Positions 34,449-41,689 of a DNA stretch of 64,000 nt are shown in pieces. Both the position numbers and the translations under genes were made by a program. Below the pieces are notes generated by a model that was not told where the DNA came from, made no database searches, and worked only from the letters and a program-made list of their open reading frames with translations. Source of the stretch: Phycisphaerae bacterium (GTDB lineage: Bacteria; Planctomycetota; Phycisphaerae; SM23-33); assembly GCA_041687095.1 (NCBI GenBank), contig JAWLCQ010000001.1:25664-89663 (forward strand). Direction: 5' to 3'. Each line of letters starts with the position of its first letter. Position 1 is the first letter of the stretch.

Positions 34449-35501
34449 ATGAGGAGTTACAGCACAATGTCACAGCATCCCCCCGAGTACTCGCCGTCCA
34501 CCTACCACCAGGAGCTTCTGCGGTCCGTGTCCCCGTCGCTTCGCTACGGGGGCGGGGATGCGGCGGAGTGGCAGCGCGAGGCGCGGGCGCGGCTGTCCGA
34601 CCTGCTGGGGTACCCCGTGCTGCAGCGGACGCACCGCCCGCCGCTCAACGTGCGCTCCCTCTGGAAACGCGAAGGGGAGTTGGGCGTCATCGAGAAGATC
34701 GTCTTCACCTCGCAACCCGGAGCGGACGTGCCCGCCTACGTGTGCCTGCCCGCCAACGCCGCCCCGCCCTACACGTTCTTCCTCTGCCTGCAGGGCCACA
34801 CCACCGGCATGCACCACTCCATCGCCGTCAGTCCCGATGAGGCCCTCCCGCTGGAGCCCGACGGCGATCGCGACTTCGCCCTGGGCTGCCTCCGCCGGGG
34901 CCTCGCCGCCGTGTGCATCGAGCAGCGGTCGTTCGGGGAACGGCAGGAAGGGCGGATCCCCCAGTCGATCGACTACCTCTGCCACCAGGCGGCCATGCAC
35001 GCGCTGCTGCTGGGCACGACGCTGCAGGCCGAGCGCATCTTCGACCTCGACCGCGCGATCGACTACCTCCAGCAGCGCGGCGACGCGGACATGGGCCGGA
35101 TCGGGTGCATGGGCAACTCCGGGGGGGGCACCACGTCGCTGCTGGCGGGGGCGATCCTGGACCGCATCCGGTACGTCATGCCCTCGTGCTGCTTCTCGTC
35201 GCTGGCGGCGTCGCTGCTGGGGACGTTCCACTGCGTGTGCAACTACATTCCGGGGCTGCAGCAGGTGCTCGACATGGGCGATCTTGCGGGCCTGCTGGCC
35301 CCGCGGGCGCTGGTGATCGTTAACGGCGTGAAGGACGGGATCTTCCCCATCGCACCCGCCCGCGAGGAGTTCCGCCGCACCCAAACCGTCTACGCCGCCC
35401 TCAACGCCGCCGACCGCTGCCACTTCGTGGAGGGCCCGGGGGGGCATCGGTTCTACGCGGACCTCGCCTGGCCGGTCATGCAGGACGAACTGGGCCGGTA
35501 G
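34449..35501 (+). CDS. Alpha/beta-hydrolase fold esterase (acetyl-xylan-esterase / dienelactone-hydrolase-like)
   Basis: Nucleophile elbow GCMGNSGGG (GxSxG). The start MRSYSTMSQ is aa 192 of ORF 33876..35501; the upstream part is non-protein-like. Confidence 0.75.
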   Translation: MRSYSTMSQHPPEYSPSTYHQELLRSVSPSLRYGGGDAAEWQREARARLSDLLGYPVLQRTHRPPLNVRSLWKREGELGVIEKIVFTSQPGADVPAYVCLPANAAPPYTFFLCLQGHTTGMHHSIAVSPDEALPLEPDGDRDFALGCLRRGLAAVCIEQRSFGERQEGRIPQSIDYLCHQAAMHALLLGTTLQAERIFDLDRAIDYLQQRGDADMGRIGCMGNSGGGTTSLLAGAILDRIRYVMPSCCFSSLAASLLGTFHCVCNYIPGLQQVLDMGDLAGLLAPRALVIVNGVKDGIFPIAPAREEFRRTQTVYAALNAADRCHFVEGPGGHRFYADLAWPVMQDELGR

Positions 35502-35585
35502 CCACCTGGTCGGGGTACATGCAGGTGTCGAGGCGTCCCGCCTCCAGGGCGTCGGCATCGGGTTTCCCCGCCGCCCGAAGGGCAC

Positions 35586-35692
35586 TCATACGCATCCCAG
35601 TTAATTCTCGGGCAGCGTCGGTCTGACGTGGTTGCTCCGCTGCGCTCCGCAAACCACGGCACCCACCCGAGAATCAAGTGGAACGCGTATCA
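35586..35692 (-). repeat. Copy 2 (inverted) of the roughly 105-nt intergenic repeat seen at 14517-14626
   Basis: Its reverse complement, atacgcgttccacttgattctcgggtgggtgccgtggtttgcggagcgcagcggagcaaccacgtcagaccgacgctgcccgagaattaactgggatgcgtatg, aligns with copy 1 at about 90 % identity. It lies between the convergent esterase and nucleoside hydrolase genes. Confidence 0.6.
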
Positions 35693-35749
35693 TGCCCTGC
35701 CGGATCAGGGCCTGGTGATCGTGCGTGTTCATTTGCGGGCTCCTGGGGT

Positions 35750-36694
35750 TCAGCGCGTGCGGGCGGAGCGGAAGACGTCCAGCAGGTGCCGGTGGGTGGC
35801 AGCCTTGTCGGCGGTGTCGACGATCTCGTGCGGGCCCTGGGGGTCGGGCGCGAACGTCGTGTAGCCCGTGAGGTCATCCCCCGCCATCGGCGAACCGTTT
35901 GCCAGGAACTGGTGCGACAGGCGAACGCCCACCCGCCCGCGCCTGTACGTGGCCACGTCGCGCTCGAACGCCATCGCCACCGTGAAGGGGTCCGCGAGCC
36001 CCACGGCGGTTGTGCCCCGGGCCTGGGCCCATCGTTCGCCGGTCGCCCGGACGGCCGCCAGGCGGTCGCCCGCGAGCATCTCGCCCAGCATGTCTCGGTC
36101 AAGGTCCATCCCGTGGATGCGGTCGACCGTCAGCAGGGCGAAGGGCGTCTGTACGCGCTGCACACAGACGGCCGTGGCGACGGGGTCGAGCATGACGTTG
36201 CACTCCGTCTCGGGATGCTCCCGTGGATAGTTCAGCCGCCCGCCCATGCTCACCACGCGGGCGAGCATGGCGGCGGAGTCGGGGTCGCACAGCAGCAGCG
36301 TCGCGAGGTTCGTGAACTGCCCGATGGTGATCAGCGTGATCTCCCCGGGGTGTCGGCGGATGGTCTCGATGAGCCAGGGCACGGCGCGGCCGGGCGGGTA
36401 GGTTCGCTGCGGGCGGGGCTGGGCGTCGGTTGGCCAGGGCTGCACGGGGTTGGTCCGCCAGTAGGGGGTGGCGCACATCGGGTGGTGCGCCCCGGCGTGG
36501 ATGGGCAGATCGCCGCGGCCGAGCTGGGTGCAGATCACCTCGGCGAGTTCGGCGCGCTGGGGCGAGAGCTTGCCCACGGTGGTCACGCCCAGCAGGTCGC
36601 AGTCGTCGCGCAGCAGGAGGTACGCCAGGGCGATGGCGTCGTCGGGATCGGTGCAGTAGCCGATGTCGGTATCCAGGATCACCTTGGTGGGCAC
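35750..36694 (-). CDS. Inosine-uridine-preferring nucleoside hydrolase family protein
   Basis: KVILDTDIGYCTDPDDAIALAYLL is the IUNH aspartate-cluster signature DTDxGxDDxxAL. GTG start (codon 12 of ORF 35750..36727) with an AAGGAG SD 6 nt upstream; the longer ORF start falls inside the palindrome. Confidence 0.8.
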   Translation of the reverse strand: MPTKVILDTDIGYCTDPDDAIALAYLLLRDDCDLLGVTTVGKLSPQRAELAEVICTQLGRGDLPIHAGAHHPMCATPYWRTNPVQPWPTDAQPRPQRTYPPGRAVPWLIETIRRHPGEITLITIGQFTNLATLLLCDPDSAAMLARVVSMGGRLNYPREHPETECNVMLDPVATAVCVQRVQTPFALLTVDRIHGMDLDRDMLGEMLAGDRLAAVRATGERWAQARGTTAVGLADPFTVAMAFERDVATYRRGRVGVRLSHQFLANGSPMAGDDLTGYTTFAPDPQGPHEIVDTADKAATHRHLLDVFRSARTR

Positions 36695-36713
36695 GCGGGG
36701 CTCCTTTGGAAAA

Positions 36714-36859
36714 TGGTAACCGTTCACGGGGTGCCACCCTCAAGCGGCGCCGTTCAGCCGCTTGGGGGTGCTGCGGCGTGGGGAGCCCCACACCCCCAAG
36801 CCGCGAACAGCATGCGGCTTGAGGGTGGCACCCGGTTTGAACGGTCCCGTGAACGGTTA
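36714..36859. repeat. 146-nt nested triple palindrome (three concentric stems) between the rhamnosidase stop and the nucleoside hydrolase start
   Basis: Outer arms ggtaaccgttcacggg / cccgtgaacggttacc, middle arms gtgccaccctcaagc / gcttgagggtggcac, inner arms ccgcttgggggtg / cacccccaagccgcg. Coordinates are approximate to within 1-2 nt. Confidence 0.75.
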
Positions 36860-36970
36860 CGGAAAACGAAAGTCTTCGCAGCGCGATCCCGCCCGGAGGG
36901 GAAGGCCCCTCCCTCTGCCTCGACCCCCGAGCATTCTGCTGGCATCGAGGACGAGCGGGCCTGTCTGCTG

Positions 36971-39337
36971 CTACGGCGAGAGCGTGGTGGAACGGCGCCA
37001 CTCGGCCGGGCCGGAGACCTCCTCCGATACGTCACCCAGTCGGACCTCAACGGTCATCTCCACCGGGGCGACGAGGGTCAGGTGGACGGTGTTCCCGTCC
37101 CTTCTCCACGAGGCCTTCAGGATCCCATGGGGGGTGTTGAACTCGCCCGCCGCTCGCGTAACGCCGATCGGCCGGGGGCGGAAGGACGCGCGTCCCCAGC
37201 CGCCGCTCGTGGGCGAAACGCCCAGCACGTACGCCGGCAGCAGCGCCCCCGGTCCCCCCGCCCAGCCGTGACAGAGTCCGGTGTTGCCGCCCTGGATGCG
37301 CGTCTCGGGGAACGTCGGCAGGTCGGGGTAGGCGCCCCAGAACCATCGCATCTGCGCAACCGCCTGCTCGTCCATCCCCGCCTCGAACAGCGCGCGGATG
37401 AGCCAGTGCGCGAACCAGAGCGTCCCCACGGGAACCACGGGTCCGCGGACGCGGGCGGGGGGTTTCAGCGAGGCCTCGCCCACCGGCACCGGGCCCAGTG
37501 CGGCGGGATCGATGATCCGCCGCAGCACCTCCGCGCGGAGCGGTTCGGGCGGGACGCCGGCCAGGCAGGCCATGGCGTGGGCGGCCTGGCTGACGACGGG
37601 GCTGAGCGTCCCGTCCGGGAGCACCGCGTCGCTGTAGAGCCCGCGATCGGGCAGCCAGAACCGCTCGTGCGCGGCGAGGCGGAGGCGGGCGGCGCGGGCG
37701 GTGAGGTCCTCGCGCCCCAGGGCATCCCGCAGCTCCGGCTGTTCGCCCAGGCGCCCGAGCACCCAGGCGCAGGCGGCGTTGGTCAGCAGCAGGCAGCCCG
37801 ACTGCTCGATGGGCGACCACTCCCAGAACTGCCCCGCCGGCCAGGAGGCGATCAGCCCGCTTTCGTCGGTCAACGACTCCAGCAGGCCCAGCAGGCGGCG
37901 GGCCGTGGGGGCGACGGCGTCGAGGGTTGCGCGGTCTCCGCTGTGCAGCCAGTAGTCCGTCAGCGTCGCCAGCCACATGAGGCTGCTCGCGGCGAATGCG
38001 CAGTTGGTGCGCTCGGACGGGAAGAACCCGTTGATCCGCCCGTCCGGCAGGGCGGACTGCGCCCCCTGCAGCAGCGCCCGCCGCGTCATGGCCGTGTCGG
38101 CGAACGCGTAGGCCGACACCAGGCTGTGGACGTAGAGGTCCTCCATCCACTGCACGCGCTCGCGGGTGCAGCAGTCGGTGAAGGCGTCGGCGGTGCAGAT
38201 GCGGACGGTGAGGGCGGAGCGGGCGAAGAAGTCGTCCAGATCGCCCTGGTCCGAGGCGAAGGCGGGCTGGGCCGTGAAGGGGTACAGCTCCTCATGGGCC
38301 TCGACGCCTTCGATCCGTCCGGGCCCGGGCGACAGGTCGATCGTCACGTACCGCCAGCCCCGCGGGTGGGTCGTGGTGAACTCCCCGTCGCCCTCGGGCA
38401 GCAGGAAGCGGTCGGTCAGGTGGGCGTAGGTCCGCTCGGGGTTGGCGGTTCCGGCGTCGGTGAGCAGTTCGTCGTAGCTGACGTCCACCTGCTGGCCGGC
38501 ATCGGCGCCGGCGAAGCGCAGGGTCAGGTAGCCCGAGACGGTCCGCCCGAAGTCGAGCGTCACGTACCGGCCCTGCCGGGGCTCACCGCTCAACGGCAGA
38601 TCACGGGCTTGGGGGTGGCGGCGGCGGGCGCGAACGGCCGCCTGGCGCGAAGGCGTGAGGCTGTCGGCCTCCGCGGCGGTCCATGCGCCCGAGGCGACGA
38701 CGGTCGGGCGGGGGAGCGGATCCCACGTGAGCATCGGGATGTCGCGCGGGATCAGGGCTCCCCAGGGCTCGCAGCCCGCGCGCCCGATGACGGTTGCCTC
38801 GTCCCAGTCGGTGTCATCGAATGGCGGGAGCGTCCACCCGGCGGGCGCCTTCGCCAGGTCGCACACCTCCGGGAACCCGAAGTGCGACATCATCTCCGGC
38901 AGGTCCGCCTGCCAGGCGTCGCTCGCCCGGGCGCGCCATTGGGGCCCGGTCGACAGGTCCTGCCCCTGCACCTGGGCCTCGGCCAGCAGGGCCGGGCGGC
39001 CGAGCATCATGGTGGCGTTCACCTCGCCCACGTGGTGCACCAGCACGGCGAGGCAGTGGGGGCCGGGGGGCAGGTCCAGGTCCAGCGTGTCGAAGGACTG
39101 GTACTGTCGGTGGGCGCGCGCGGGTCCGCGTGCGCACCGTCGGCCGTCGAGGTAGAGCGTATAGAAGCTGTCGGCGACGAGGTGGATGCGGAGCGTGTCG
39201 TGGGCGGTGGTGCGGAACGTCCGGCGGAACAAGGCGTAGGCGTTCCTCGCCTCGGTCTGCGGGCTGTGCCAGATCCATTGCCCGGACCAGTCCGTCCGGA
39301 CTTCGCCGCCCGCCAAGGGGGTATGATGGTCGCTCAT
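36971..39337 (-). CDS. Alpha-L-rhamnosidase (GH78)
   Basis: The N-terminal WIWHSP..YALFRRTF..ADSFYTLYLDGRRCARGP matches the bacterial rhamnosidase N-domain; 788 aa with a six-hairpin glycosidase-like C-terminal half (WLATLTDYWLHSGD). Confidence 0.8.
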   Translation of the reverse strand: MSDHHTPLAGGEVRTDWSGQWIWHSPQTEARNAYALFRRTFRTTAHDTLRIHLVADSFYTLYLDGRRCARGPARAHRQYQSFDTLDLDLPPGPHCLAVLVHHVGEVNATMMLGRPALLAEAQVQGQDLSTGPQWRARASDAWQADLPEMMSHFGFPEVCDLAKAPAGWTLPPFDDTDWDEATVIGRAGCEPWGALIPRDIPMLTWDPLPRPTVVASGAWTAAEADSLTPSRQAAVRARRRHPQARDLPLSGEPRQGRYVTLDFGRTVSGYLTLRFAGADAGQQVDVSYDELLTDAGTANPERTYAHLTDRFLLPEGDGEFTTTHPRGWRYVTIDLSPGPGRIEGVEAHEELYPFTAQPAFASDQGDLDDFFARSALTVRICTADAFTDCCTRERVQWMEDLYVHSLVSAYAFADTAMTRRALLQGAQSALPDGRINGFFPSERTNCAFAASSLMWLATLTDYWLHSGDRATLDAVAPTARRLLGLLESLTDESGLIASWPAGQFWEWSPIEQSGCLLLTNAACAWVLGRLGEQPELRDALGREDLTARAARLRLAAHERFWLPDRGLYSDAVLPDGTLSPVVSQAAHAMACLAGVPPEPLRAEVLRRIIDPAALGPVPVGEASLKPPARVRGPVVPVGTLWFAHWLIRALFEAGMDEQAVAQMRWFWGAYPDLPTFPETRIQGGNTGLCHGWAGGPGALLPAYVLGVSPTSGGWGRASFRPRPIGVTRAAGEFNTPHGILKASWRRDGNTVHLTLVAPVEMTVEVRLGDVSEEVSGPAEWRRSTTLSP

Positions 39338-39367
39338 GATTGCCGTCCTGGCCCGCCCGGGTCGGGT

Positions 39368-40372
39368 TCACCTGCCGGGAAAGGGAATGTCGCTCTTGTG
39401 GAATGTGGAGAGGAGAATCTCGCCGGCCCCGCCGCGGTCGCGGTCGTGGACCGCGTAGAGGGTTCCGTCCGGGGCGAGGGCCGCGTCGGGGTAGCTGACG
39501 TGGTCCCGCTCGTCGAGGGCCAGTGGGTCGCCCCAGGTCTCGCCCTCATCGTGCGACAGGCAGGCGACGATCCCGGTGCGCTTCTTCGGGTCCGGGCTGT
39601 TCAGGAGCAGCCAGTCCCCGTCCGCCAGTCGCCGCACGTGGAAGCGCGACCCGGGGTTGGGGATGCGCGTCGGTTCTCCGGGGGACCAGGACCGCCCGCG
39701 GTCCTGCGAGACGCTCTGCCAGATCACGCCCGCTCCGCAGCGGATGTACATGACGAGCGATCCGTCGGTGCGCTCGACGATCATATTCTCCAGCGCCCAC
39801 GGGGGCGCCTCGACCGCCCCGTGCAGCGTCCAGGATTGGCCGCCGTCGGTGGAGATGCCCACTCCGTGCAGGTGCGCCCCGCCGAAGTCCCACTTCCGTT
39901 CCGTCCGGGGCGCGTGGGTCACGGGCATCAGCCATTCGCCCGTCGTAAGCACGGTGGGCTTGTTCATGCGGAAGCTGTGGGCCCCGGCGTACCCAACGCG
40001 GAACTCCTCGCTCCACTGCGGGTCCGGCGCGTCGGGTGTTCGGCAGAGGCGGGCGTGGACGTCATTGATGTCGGACCGGGGGTTGCCGCGGTTGAAGATC
40101 AGCCACAGCACCCCGTCGGGGGCCAGCCACAGCGTCGGGTCGAACGCCCGGGCCCCGTCGCGCGGCAGGGCCGGCTGCCACGCCGGGGCGAAACTCGCGC
40201 CCCCGTCGTCGCTGACCGTCATGTACACCGCGTTCTCCGGCGCCGGTTCCTTCGGCCCGCCGGAGAACCACACCACGAACAGCCGCCCCCCCGGCGTCCG
40301 CTCGATCCCCGGAATCCCCGCCCATCGTTCGCCGATGTCGGCCGCCGTCGTCACGATCTGTCGCAGCTTCAT
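39368..40372 (-). CDS. BNR/Asp-box repeat exo-alpha-sialidase-like glycoside hydrolase (GH33-like beta-propeller)
   Basis: Four Asp-box motifs SxDxGxTW: SDDGGASF, STDGGQSW, SQDRGRSW, SHDEGETW. The start MKLRQIV is aa 53 of ORF 39368..40528. Confidence 0.75.
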   Translation of the reverse strand: MKLRQIVTTAADIGERWAGIPGIERTPGGRLFVVWFSGGPKEPAPENAVYMTVSDDGGASFAPAWQPALPRDGARAFDPTLWLAPDGVLWLIFNRGNPRSDINDVHARLCRTPDAPDPQWSEEFRVGYAGAHSFRMNKPTVLTTGEWLMPVTHAPRTERKWDFGGAHLHGVGISTDGGQSWTLHGAVEAPPWALENMIVERTDGSLVMYIRCGAGVIWQSVSQDRGRSWSPGEPTRIPNPGSRFHVRRLADGDWLLLNSPDPKKRTGIVACLSHDEGETWGDPLALDERDHVSYPDAALAPDGTLYAVHDRDRGGAGEILLSTFHKSDIPFPGR

Positions 40373-40578
40373 GCTTCGCCTTTCCCAGCCAGAACAACGC
40401 CGGGTCGTTCCGTGTGTCGCGGACGCACCCGCCGCCACAGTGGTCGCCCACGCACGACGGGAACACTCCCGCGACCCAGAGATAGCAGGAATCGGCCTGC
40501 TCGTACAGCCCCAGACTGGGCGGCCCACACCAGGCGCGGCGGGGTCGAACGTGGCGGGCGGTTACCAGGGGATCGGCC

Positions 40579-41613
40579 TCATTCGGACTTGCGCCGTTTC
40601 CGGGGTCGCGGGGCTTTCGTCGAGGCCGCGTTGGTACGGCGGGGGGTCCCGTCGGGCGGCGCCTTGTCCCCGCCGGGGTGTTCGGGCGGGGCTTCCTCGG
40701 CCGGGTTCCCCCGTTTCGTCGAGGCGGAACGGTTCGCGGCCTTCTTGGCGCGCTTCGCGGCCTTTGTGGTGGGTGTCGTGGCCTTCCTGGCTCGCTTGGA
40801 GGTGGCGGGCTTGGCGCCCGAGGCCTTGGCCGTCTTCCCCGGCTTGGTCTTGGGGGTGGGGGGCTCGGGGGCGGGCGCGGGGGCGGGTGCGGAGGGCTCG
40901 GAGGTGTCCATTTCGATACCGAACACGTCGGCGAGGTCGTTTTCGGCGATGGCCTTTCTGCCCGAGCCAGCCTCGGGGGCGAGCCCGGTCCCGGCGGCGG
41001 CTCTTTCGATGAGTTCCGCAGGGTCGACCTGCCGCAGCACGAACAGCAGTTCGGGGGCATGGTCCAGGCGGGCCCCCACCCCGTACAGCGCCGCCGCCAC
41101 GTGCTTGCACATGTCCGCCCAATCCGGGCAGGAGCAATCGAGGGAGATCTCCGAGGGCTTGGGGAACAGGCCCTGTTCGCGGTCGGTGATGATCTCCATG
41201 ACCCCCTGGGACAGCCGGCCCTGGAGGAGTTCCAGGACGGACGCGATCTTCCCCGCACACTGCGAGAGGATGGCCTGCCAGTGGGACTTGCTCAGGGGTT
41301 TGATCTTGATGCGGATCTTGTAGAGTTCCGATCCGCTCACCCACGCCGTCACCTCCCCCGGGGTGATCTGCAGGTCCACGACGGACCCGTTCCGCACGTA
41401 GGTCCGCCCGCGCGGCAGGCGGTTCTCGAAGTCGCTGTAGGACTCCAGGTTCTCGCACCAGGCCTGGCCCCAGAACGTGGTGGCGATCTTGCGGCCCTCG
41501 ACGTGCACGGGGGACACGGGGTGGCCCTTCTTGGCGAGCTTGGCCATCTCCCGGGCGGCGTTGGCGCGACGCTTGGCGACGGGAACATACTCGGGATATT
41601 CATGCCAGCCCAT
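40579..41613 (-). CDS. SWIM zinc-finger protein (SNF2-helicase-associated, YwqB-like) with a Lys/Ala/Pro-rich C-terminal tail
   Basis: CSCPDWADMCKHVAAALY is a SWIM CxCxnCxH finger. It lies directly downstream of the SNF2 gene on the same strand. Confidence 0.85.
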   Translation of the reverse strand: MGWHEYPEYVPVAKRRANAAREMAKLAKKGHPVSPVHVEGRKIATTFWGQAWCENLESYSDFENRLPRGRTYVRNGSVVDLQITPGEVTAWVSGSELYKIRIKIKPLSKSHWQAILSQCAGKIASVLELLQGRLSQGVMEIITDREQGLFPKPSEISLDCSCPDWADMCKHVAAALYGVGARLDHAPELLFVLRQVDPAELIERAAAGTGLAPEAGSGRKAIAENDLADVFGIEMDTSEPSAPAPAPAPEPPTPKTKPGKTAKASGAKPATSKRARKATTPTTKAAKRAKKAANRSASTKRGNPAEEAPPEHPGGDKAPPDGTPRRTNAASTKAPRPRKRRKSE

Positions 41614-41689
41614 GATCAGCTCCTTGCGATGGTCGGTCCATTATACCGGTCGGGCCCCGGTGCAGCAGCCCACGCTGCGCGGGGCGGCG

